A stretch of DNA of 64,000 nt from a virus. The DNA lies in IMG/VR virus record IMGVR_UViG_3300009702_000016, positions 1 through 64,000 of that record. One strand, written 5' to 3'. Below, piece after piece: positions 9,202 through 17,200 of the stretch; the stretch's first letter is position 1; each line of letters starts with the position of its first letter. Position numbers and translations under genes: made by a program. Under the pieces are notes generated by a model. It did no database searches and was not told the origin of the DNA. It saw only the letters and a list, made by a program, of their open reading frames with translations.

Positions 9202-9408
9202 ATGAGACCGTTTAATGCCCACTGCTCCAAATGCAACGCTTCGATGTCCATATTCGCAGAGGAAAAGCCTGAACACTGCCCAAAGTGTGGAAGGAAACTG
9301 TTTGACACGAAGTACGAATCTTGTTCCTCTTGCTCTTGTAGGATCAAGAGTGGAGAGGGAAAGTGCGATACCTGCCGCGCAAACTCCGACGAGGGCACAG
9401 ATGAGTAA
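9202..9408 (+). CDS. Double zinc-ribbon protein (4 CxxC)
   Basis: CSKC, CPKC, CSSC, CDTC. ATG lies 1 nt after the infA stop. Confidence 0.7.
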   Translation: MRPFNAHCSKCNASMSIFAEEKPEHCPKCGRKLFDTKYESCSSCSCRIKSGEGKCDTCRANSDEGTDE

Positions 9409-9643
9409 CATCGTACACTGTGGTGGTTGCGGGGCCTCCTTAACTGCAATACAGGGACGAGTTCCGAACAAATGCCCGTTGTGTAGAGCGTCTCTTACTG
9501 TGGCGTATGAAGAGGGTAAGAAATGCTTTGCATGTGGATCTACTATAGCCAAAAGGAACTCCGTCTGCCCACAGTGTGATCGTGCCCAGAATGTTCAGCG
9601 TGTAAGTCCTGAGAACAAGCGTCGACCCCAAAAGATAAAGTAA
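9401..9643 (+). CDS. Double zinc-ribbon protein (4 CxxC)
   Basis: CGGC, CPLC, CFAC, CPQC. Overlaps both neighbours. Confidence 0.7.
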   Translation: MSNIVHCGGCGASLTAIQGRVPNKCPLCRASLTVAYEEGKKCFACGSTIAKRNSVCPQCDRAQNVQRVSPENKRRPQKIK

Positions 9644-10029
9644 TGCCGAATTTCATCTCGACTTCTAGTCTTCTGAGGAAGAAGTATGAGGAGAGGAAAG
9701 ATGAGGTTGTTCGTGCTTTTCCTGCTCCCGTTAGCGAGATATGCAGGAACTGTTGGTACCAAGGACCGTGTACCTTTCGAACAATGATTCATCAGCCTCC
9801 TCATAGCTGCTGTGTCTACGAGTTCTTTGGGTCGATGGGGAACAATGAGGCTACTCTGGAAGAGGTCGTTAGCTTTACGTGCGATACCCGATGTAGGGAC
9901 CGACAAAACTGGGTTGGTGATCCCTGTCCGCACAACGAGGAATACTGTTCAAACCACTGCCCTGTATCCAGATACATACTCGGTGAAGATGCCTCGAACA
10001 TCGAGGACGTACCTTACGACGATGGATGA
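9643..10029 (+). CDS. Cys-rich hypothetical protein
   Basis: TAATG-coupled start; many Cys/His residues. Confidence 0.6.
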   Translation: MPNFISTSSLLRKKYEERKDEVVRAFPAPVSEICRNCWYQGPCTFRTMIHQPPHSCCVYEFFGSMGNNEATLEEVVSFTCDTRCRDRQNWVGDPCPHNEEYCSNHCPVSRYILGEDASNIEDVPYDDG

Positions 10030-10032
10030 GAA

Positions 10033-11106
10033 ATGAAAGTAGAACTAGAGTCCTCTCTGTTTAGTCAGGCGATAAAGACGTGCGCAACTTTGATGGGAGC
10101 GGAGGTAGATGTCCTCCTTACTGCCGTAGAGAGCGGATTTCTTCGAATTGAAGCAGGAGCAAACAGCTCCTACGTGTACAACACACTCCCTGCGAAGGTA
10201 GCAGCTAAGGGACGTGTGGTGATCCCAATTCAGCGACTCATCGGACTCCCACTCCGGGAGGAGCTAAAACTGACGGCTTCGAGTTCGGAACTGTCCTTCA
10301 AGACAGGATCGTTCACAGGAACACTGAAGGCAAGCAGTGATGTCGACCGGGTGATTGCTCAGCGCCCCTTGAAGAAGTTCAAGCCAACAGTCCATGTTCC
10401 TACGGAAGTGTTCAAGGATGCCCTATCCCGTGTAAGCCTGGGGTCCTCCCTTCCTGGCGCTCAGCTGGGCGTTAGGGTGCAAGTGGGAGAGGATCTCACC
10501 CTGTCTACCACAGACCAGTATCGAGCGGTCATCTACAAGGACGAGCTTGCGCTGGCCCAAACGGAGCTTGACGTGCTTCTCCACCCAGACTTCCTGCATG
10601 GCGCAATGTCCAAGATATTGTCCCCCGAAGTAGGAATGGGAGTACACAAGGGAGTCTTTCACCTATCGACAGACACCGTTTCAATCTACCATCCCTCCAT
10701 CCAGCAACAGCCTGAGGATATCGAAGACTGGATGGACAACGGAATCGACTACAGTAAGAAGGAATGCACGGTAACTGTATCCTGCGACCGCTTGTCCAAG
10801 AACATACGAGAGGTGTCTGCGGTACAGCTAGGGTCGTTGGCCTATGACACCCACTTCGACCTGCTCATTAAGGGACAGCTGGCGCACCTAAGATGTAAGT
10901 CAGACCACGGGTCCACGAAGTCCTCCGTTGAACTGTTCAGGTCGAACGCAACAAAGACGATCACAAAGCTGTCCTCGAAGTACACATTGGAAATGCTGCA
11001 TCTAATCCGTGCAGGAGACTCTGACATCAGCTTTTGGAGTGACTTTATTCTCCTCGAAGGGCACGAAGGAAAGTTTCGTGGACTGATACCTACGGTTGCA
11101 GCATGA
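10033..11106 (+). CDS. DNA sliding clamp (DnaN/beta-clamp-like)
   Basis: 357 aa, matching beta-clamp length. LTLSTTDQYRAV resembles VATDGHRLA; LSSKYTLEML resembles FNxxYLLDxL. Lies in the replication operon. Confidence 0.7.
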   Translation: MKVELESSLFSQAIKTCATLMGAEVDVLLTAVESGFLRIEAGANSSYVYNTLPAKVAAKGRVVIPIQRLIGLPLREELKLTASSSELSFKTGSFTGTLKASSDVDRVIAQRPLKKFKPTVHVPTEVFKDALSRVSLGSSLPGAQLGVRVQVGEDLTLSTTDQYRAVIYKDELALAQTELDVLLHPDFLHGAMSKILSPEVGMGVHKGVFHLSTDTVSIYHPSIQQQPEDIEDWMDNGIDYSKKECTVTVSCDRLSKNIREVSAVQLGSLAYDTHFDLLIKGQLAHLRCKSDHGSTKSSVELFRSNATKTITKLSSKYTLEMLHLIRAGDSDISFWSDFILLEGHEGKFRGLIPTVAA

Positions 11107-11486
11107 AATCAAAGGAGCCTGTTCTTCCCTGGAAGTCATTTGCTGATGGGAAGATTACCGAAGTAGAGAACAACTTTTGGGTTGTTCGAATGGGCGTTGT
11201 CGTCAACAAGCCAATCAAGCATAAGAAATACGAGGACAGCTACGTCTCTCTCCATTGCATGACAAGTTCCAGCAAGTCTACTCTAGGCTACTCACTACGA
11301 GCAAAGCGAGAGTTCCACCAGAAGTTCCAGCAGGAAACCTACTTGTCTCTTTTAGCTGACATCGAGAAGCACAAAAATCCAGATCTAGTATACGAAGACC
11401 AGAAAGTCAGGTTGTACAGGTTCAACTCTCAAAAGAATCCTAGCTACTGGTTTTTGGTAAGGTACAGACCCTCTGAGGCAAAATGA
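11103..11486 (+). CDS. Hypothetical protein
   Basis: ATGA overlaps at both ends. Confidence 0.65.
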   Translation: MKSKEPVLPWKSFADGKITEVENNFWVVRMGVVVNKPIKHKKYEDSYVSLHCMTSSSKSTLGYSLRAKREFHQKFQQETYLSLLADIEKHKNPDLVYEDQKVRLYRFNSQKNPSYWFLVRYRPSEAK

Positions 11487-12205
11487 CAAAGAGCAAAGTA
11501 ATTGTCATGGACATCGAGACCATTCCCCTGCCTCAGTCCATGCTGTATACAGGGGAGAGCACAGTTGTTCCAATCCTTCAAGAGATCGTTTGCATCTCGT
11601 ATATCGAGTTGGACGACCGCTTCGAGGTTAAGAAGATTCGTACATTGGGTCTTCCTGAAATGAGCGAGAAGGCGGCAATCTCCGCTTTCGTGGGGGAAGT
11701 TTCTTCGGATACTATGGTGGTGACCTGGGGAGGACGAGGATTTGATATCCCTGTTCTCCTATATCGAGCTATGGTCAACGGAATCAAAGCAAAGGCACTC
11801 ACTGGAAAAGAGTTTTCCAACAGGTACAACCCTCTTAGTCACTTGGACCTTCAGGATGACATGACCTTCTTTGGTGCCGTTCGTAAAATCGGGCTAGACT
11901 ACACGTCTGCGGTTCTCGGTTTGCCAGGGAAAATGGAGGTTAAGGCATCTTCTGTGCACGACCTAATCGTCAGGAATAGGTTCAACTCCGTACGTTCTTA
12001 TTGCGTGACTGACGTTGTTCAGACACTCGTCGTATTTCTTCGTTGGGCCTATACGAAAGGCCTTTCTCCCAAGAACGAAGTGAACAACGCACTAGATTCT
12101 TTATTGGACCCGGATATTTATGATGAGTACTCCTTCGCTTCAGAGAAAGAAGGAGTTCAACTGGTCATAAATAACTGTGACTGGGACTCCCTAAAGATTT
12201 GGTAA
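11483..12205 (+). CDS. PolB-type stand-alone 3'-5' proofreading exonuclease
   Basis: MDIETIP, VTWGGRGFDIPVLLYRA, HLDLQD, GLPGK and YCVTDV motifs. Confidence 0.88.
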   Translation: MTKSKVIVMDIETIPLPQSMLYTGESTVVPILQEIVCISYIELDDRFEVKKIRTLGLPEMSEKAAISAFVGEVSSDTMVVTWGGRGFDIPVLLYRAMVNGIKAKALTGKEFSNRYNPLSHLDLQDDMTFFGAVRKIGLDYTSAVLGLPGKMEVKASSVHDLIVRNRFNSVRSYCVTDVVQTLVVFLRWAYTKGLSPKNEVNNALDSLLDPDIYDEYSFASEKEGVQLVINNCDWDSLKIW

Positions 12206-12214
12206 AATAAAAGC

Positions 12215-12703
12215 ATGGCTATCGTTTGGGACGAGAATCAGCTACTTTCTTTGCTTACTCACTTAGAACGTGAAGTTCCACTAACTAGTGGCACCCTAAA
12301 TGTCATTTCCGCTTCCATACCTGAGAACAGCTTTGCTGGAAAGGTGGAGACTGGAATGAAGACATTCAACGTCTACTTGGGAATGGACATGTCTATGGGT
12401 ATGGGAATCGTAAATGTATTCCTTGGTTACATCATGGCACTTTCCTACGCAGAGTCCGCGTGGAACGAGGAAATGGATCCTAGCACCATTGTTTTCATGC
12501 ACGAGAAGGTGTGCGAGGCGATGCAGGACCAAAATCCAGAGTTCGCTCAGGAACTTCAAGAGCTTGACGGCCTACTTCTGGAGTGGTACAAGGCAACCTC
12601 TACAGACGCCCCCGAGGAAGACCAGTTCCTCTCTATCTATGCAGAAGACGACCTCACCTCAGGGTTGTTCTCCTCTGAAGAGGTGGATTACGGAGCGAAC
12701 TAG
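12215..12703 (+). CDS. Acidic hypothetical protein
   Basis: ORF continuing the operon; acidic C-terminus. Confidence 0.6.
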   Translation: MAIVWDENQLLSLLTHLEREVPLTSGTLNVISASIPENSFAGKVETGMKTFNVYLGMDMSMGMGIVNVFLGYIMALSYAESAWNEEMDPSTIVFMHEKVCEAMQDQNPEFAQELQELDGLLLEWYKATSTDAPEEDQFLSIYAEDDLTSGLFSSEEVDYGAN

Positions 12704-12771
12704 CCACAAGCACGATTAGGCGACTGACGTCCAATTTCTAGTGTGTAAAGGTTATCTATGACAGTCCCCCT

Positions 12772-12857
12772 GGAAAGTTGGCCGAGTGGTCGAAGGCACC
12801 TGATTTGAAATCAGGCGTGCCCTAAAGGCACCGGGGGTTCGAATCCCTCACTTTCCG
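12772..12857 (+). tRNA. trnS: tRNA-Ser (anticodon UGA), long variable arm, CCA not encoded
   Basis: Acceptor stem GGAAAGT/ACTTTCC; D-arm GCCGAGTGGTCGAAGGC; anticodon stem CCTGA/TCAGG with loop TT-TGA-AA; variable arm GTGCC/GGCAC; T-arm GGGGG-TTCGAAT-CCCTC; discriminator G followed by CCG. Confidence 0.95.
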
Positions 12858-12869
12858 CCGAGATGCACT

Positions 12870-13130
12870 ATGTTTAACGAAGGAACACCATTCACTGTCG
12901 ACGACTTCAGAGATAAGCTCAAGGCTTATGTAGACTGGACTGAAACGAAGAAAGGAACAACTCTTTCTGATGACAGATTACAGAGTCTATCCTCAGTCCT
13001 AGGTACTCCTGCTGAAACCATTCGTCAGTGGATCATAGGAAGAGCACGACCCTCAATTACGGAAGAGCGTAGTCTACTTTCAGTCTTAGGAACTATGGTC
13101 TGCAATAAAACCAGGATTGAGAACAAGTAG
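12870..13130 (+). CDS. XRE-like helix-turn-helix protein
   Basis: LQSLSSVLGTPAETIRQWIIGRARPS fits the Cro/C1 HTH pattern. Confidence 0.65.
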   Translation: MFNEGTPFTVDDFRDKLKAYVDWTETKKGTTLSDDRLQSLSSVLGTPAETIRQWIIGRARPSITEERSLLSVLGTMVCNKTRIENK

Positions 13131-13146
13131 AACACAAGAAGGAAGC

Positions 13147-13311
13147 ATGAAGATTAGCCTAGACTTAGCGCAAGACATTGCCAAAAGAGTTAACAAGCAG
13201 TTATCGGATTGGGACATCCCAATGTCAGTACGTCCGAACTTTATTGTCATGGTCTCTTTGGTTGTTCGTGAGCTTCGGAGGGAAGCTCGGAAGTCAAGAG
13301 ACACAAAATAA
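13147..13311 (+). CDS. Small hypothetical protein (54 aa)
   Basis: ATG preceded by AAGGAAG; the stop lies just before a terminator. Confidence 0.55.
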   Translation: MKISLDLAQDIAKRVNKQLSDWDIPMSVRPNFIVMVSLVVRELRREARKSRDTK

Positions 13312-13319
13312 CCACACGT

Positions 13320-13355
13320 AAGGCGTACCATGTTTTTCCATGGTACGCCTTTTTT
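13320..13355 (+). terminator. Rho-independent terminator
   Basis: AAGGCGTACCATG-TTTTTC-CATGGTACGCCTT (13-bp perfect stem) continuing into a T run. Confidence 0.85.
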
Positions 13356-13376
13356 GTTCCTAACGGGTACACTTCG

Positions 13377-13601
13377 ATGAAAGAGTTTGAGATGGAGATG
13401 ACGAAGGCGTTTGACCGCTATCTAGATGACTATTGCCACAGTATGGAGGAGGGAAGGGAGGATGAAGCAGTTGCCTTTTCATACAAGGCCGAAGCTATCC
13501 GCGACCTGGAGGACTCAATCAAGAGTTCTCTTTGTTCCTCCCTCCTTCGTAAAAAGTCGTCAGGTCTTTTTGCGGAGCGGGAACACCCCCTCCTTTCGTA
13601 G
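13377..13601 (+). CDS. Small hypothetical protein
   Basis: Protein-like helical ORF; its 3' end overlaps the convergent gene by 42 nt. Confidence 0.45.
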   Translation: MKEFEMEMTKAFDRYLDDYCHSMEEGREDEAVAFSYKAEAIRDLEDSIKSSLCSSLLRKKSSGLFAEREHPLLS

Positions 13602-14117
13602 CCTCTCTTCCGCTGCTGGAGACTTTGTCCTCTGCCACTTATCGTAGAGCTTGAGGATGTCCTGTGGCGTACGCATAACTGTGGACTCTTTGACCTCATC
13701 GAGTACGAGAGCAAACTCGTCAAAGCCGTCTGATAGGTCGTAGTACACCTTGTTGAACCCCTTTGGAGAGAGACCCGCAGCATTAGCGTACGCGGATCCT
13801 CCAATCGTGGTCACATAGCTTCTATGCACTCCTTTCCTCTCTAAGAAATCGGAGAAGAACCCAAGTAGGAACAAGGCAGAGTCTCCTGCTTTTCGGTACA
13901 GGTAGAAGCGCTCTAAGTCAGAAGCGGCCTCTCGTGCTTTTGACAACTGGAAAGCCAGAGGCTCCTCTAGGTCGTCCTGTGCGAATGCCTTCTTCGTGAG
14001 CACCTCTACGAGGTAGAACTCTACGATCTGCTCTACAGAGATCCCAAGACGACCTATGGCCGAAGTGACAGCCTCGTAGAAGTAAGACTTAGCAGTATTA
14101 CTTCCGAGGCTCGTCAC
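13560..14117 (-). CDS. Bacterial-type conserved hypothetical protein (recalled from myxobacteria/other proteobacteria)
   Basis: Pattern YLVEVL...EPLAFQL...GDSALFLLGFFSDFLERKGV...Y...GGSAY...VYYDLSDGFDEFALVLDEV...LKLYDKW..T.S...ERLRKEGV, recognised from memory. Confidence 0.7.
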   Translation of the reverse strand: MTSLGSNTAKSYFYEAVTSAIGRLGISVEQIVEFYLVEVLTKKAFAQDDLEEPLAFQLSKAREAASDLERFYLYRKAGDSALFLLGFFSDFLERKGVHRSYVTTIGGSAYANAAGLSPKGFNKVYYDLSDGFDEFALVLDEVKESTVMRTPQDILKLYDKWQRTKSPAAEERLRKEGVFPLRKKT

Positions 14118-14205
14118 CTTAGAAACCCTTTAAGTCCAGGTCACCTAAATAGTCGTTTGTCTTTTTGTCTTCCGCCTCAATGGCGTCTGCTTCCTCGGGC
14201 CTATT

Positions 14206-17200
14206 CTACCTTCTCAGAGCAGCGACTAGAAGATCTACAACATTGAGTCCGTAGGGGTCCAGTCCCTTGGCGTTGGCCTTCTGTACCTCGTTAAGGCGGC
14301 TAACAAGGGTGGATACGTCTCTTTTCTCTTCGTCCGTCTTTTGGTCGTAGTTCCTAAGAAGCTTATCACCGATCTGGAATCCCCTTTCCTCGTTTTCGTC
14401 GGGTTCCGGTTCTTCCTCTCCCTCGTCGAACTCAGGCTCGTCAGGCTCCTCGAAGGGTGCCTCTGGTGGTGCCTCTGGTGGTGCTGGTGGCGCCTCTGGT
14501 GGTGCCTTTGGTAGTTCTTGTACTGGTCGGTCACTGACTATCCGGTCTCCTGATGATAGCGATTCTATCTGGGGGTTGTCACTACGGGCTTCCATGTCCA
14601 GGGCCTTGAAGTAATTGGACATAGCGTTCATGTAGTTTATAACTGAAGCCCTGACCTTGCTAGGGTTATTCTTTGTCAGGAGGGGACTATTCTCCACATA
14701 GGTCACGAGCTTGTCCCTCAGTCTTTTAAGTTCCTTCATCGACAACGACTTATTGATGATTAGTGGTGTATCGTGAAGAGCTTCCGCTACCTCTGATCTA
14801 TACCTTTTTGTTACGCTGCTAAAGTCTTCATCGTATTCCTCTTTAAACTTGTTCTCTACATAGTTCTGTGCCTTTCGAAGGTTGTCAGCAGACCTCCTTA
14901 TCTTAGCACCAGTCCACCTACGAGTTTTCTTCTTCTTAGCGGGGGCTGGAGCCTCAGGAGCAGGAGCAGCAGGAGCTACTGCTGGGGCAGGAGCGGGGGC
15001 TGGTGCTGGAGCCTCAGGAGCCTCATGAAAGAGCTTTACCAGACGAGGAGTTATTCCACCCAGCTTTGCCTTATTCGCTAGTAGCTTGAACGCTTTCTTG
15101 ATAGACTTGCTTTCCCCTGGTCTGCTAATGTAGGTAGAGATAGCAGTGACGACGGCATCTCCCATTTGGTCTAGATTGCTTTCGGCAGCGGTTAAAGCAG
15201 CATGAACTACAGTGTCTCTAAAGTCGTCGGTACTAGTATCCTCCAGGATATTAGAAATAGTTGTAGCTAGCTCGGCCACCATAGAGTTAAAGCTCAAGAC
15301 CTTGAACTTATCATTTTGAGTTAGCTTGTTAGACTTAGGTGCTCTTGGAGGAGGAGCGGTAGGTATGTCCATCGCAAGATAGGCATTTAGCGTTCGTGGT
15401 GTTACTTTACCCCGTTTTGCTTCTCTGACCAGCTGCTTGAACGCCTCGCTTATGATTCTACGGTCTTCTGGGCCATTAAGGTGAGAAGAGATAGCGGACA
15501 TGACATCAGTCACCAGACTGTCCAGATTCTCTTTGGCAGCACTTAGGCCAATCTCCTTTACGGTTTCCTCAAACTCCGGGTCGTTGATCTCCAGGCTCTT
15601 GAAAACTTCCTGCACTAGATGGTACAACTCCCCTATAAAGTTGTGTGCTGCTGCCTCCTCCTTTATAGTTATCTTCTTAGCAGCAGGAGCAGGTGCTGCT
15701 GGAGCCTCAGGGGCGGGTGCAGGAGCAGGAGCTACTGCCGGGGCAGCAGGAGCTACTGCCGGGGCAGGAGCGTTCATCTCTTCATGCGCCTTTAGATACG
15801 AAACGGCATCCTTCTGGCTGATTCCGCTTTGAGCACGAAAAGCTTCCAGACCTCCAAGGTCTGACGCATTTGCTCCCTCGAAGGTAAATCCTTGTTCCCA
15901 GCCTTCGCCAGATTGCGCGATGGCTCTAAGTGCGGCTTCTCCCAAGCCCTCCTTGAGGGAATTTCCTGCATCAACAAAAGTCCTAACTAGAACACTCTTA
16001 TCTTCTTTTCCGGTATAACGGTTGGGTCGATTTTGAGACGTCCCTTCCTCCATTTCTTCTGGACTGCGGCCCGTAGGCCCAGGCATGAAGTCAGGAGCAG
16101 GAGCAGCAGGAGCCTCAGGGGCGGGTGCTGCTGGAGCCTCAGGGGTGGGTGCAGGAGCCTCAGGAGCCTCAGGTGTAGTCGGTGTGTTCTGATCCACCTT
16201 CGAGAAGTAGTGAGCAAAGTCAGCAGCAGTTAGGCCCTCGCCCTCTGCCTCCTTCACCAGGCTATCTGCAACCTTTGACTTTACTCCAGCAGGGAGTCCT
16301 GGGCTTTGTCCTGCAGCAAATGCCCGCATGACATTTTCTACATCCCCAGGCCGGAATACCTTCCTAGTCTTAGCTACAGCACTATGAATGAACTTTTGAG
16401 TCTCCTCGAACTTGTCTCCAGCGGCAGGTGCCTCTGGTTCCTCGTCTAACTCAGGTCCCTCATCGAACTCAAGTTCTGGTGGTTCCTCCTCCTCTGGTGG
16501 TTCCTCGCCTAACTCAGGTCCCTCATCGAACTCAAGTTCTGGTGGTTCCTCGTCTAACTCTGGTTCCTCTTCCTCACCTAACTCGGGTCCCTCTTCCTCC
16601 TCTTCCTCACCTAACTCTGGTTCCTCTTCCTCACCTAACTCTGGTTCCTCTTCCTCACCTAACTCTGGTTCCTCTTCCTCACCTAACTCGGGTCCCTCTT
16701 CCTCCTCTTCCTCACCTAACTCTGGTCCCTCTTCCTCCTCTTCCTCACCTAACTCGGGTCCCTCTTCCTCTTCCTCCAGAGTGGGCTCAGTGGGAATAGG
16801 AGCAGCCTCCTCAGCCTCAGGAGCCTCTTCAGCCTCAGGCTCAGGAGTGGTTTCCTCCTCTAGGTCCTGGGAAGCTAAATCGATGGCGTGATCGAGCAGG
16901 TCCTTGTCCCAGTTTCCGTAGTTTAGCGCTCCCTTAATGTAATTCGCGATCTCTTCCGAACTCTTTCCTGCCGCTGATAGTTTCCTTGCCTTTCCAACAA
17001 GGCCCATGTAAGTGGACTTGAGCATTGGTAGCCAGTTGGCGGGAACACCCTGCAGTAGCTCGATGATGTTTTTCTGGCTCTTTGTAAGGTGTCCTACTGG
17101 GTTATGAACAGCCAGCTCGACAATCTTCTTCAGAAGATCGGAGTCCAGATCTGCTCCCTTTTCTTCAAGGACCTCCACTACGCGATCAACTGATACGTCT

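Noticed and set aside
12804-12810. tRNA with TGA in the anticodon loop as an opal suppressor or selenocysteine tRNA
   Set aside because: Anticodon UGA reads UCA (Ser). A suppressor would need UCA or CUA. The long variable arm and G73 fit an ordinary tRNA-Ser.
16412-16891. Ser-rich and Pro/Leu-rich + strand ORFs (also 25226-25585, 44883-45662, 61962-62341)
   Set aside because: These are antisense shadows of low-complexity repeats in real genes on the opposite strand.
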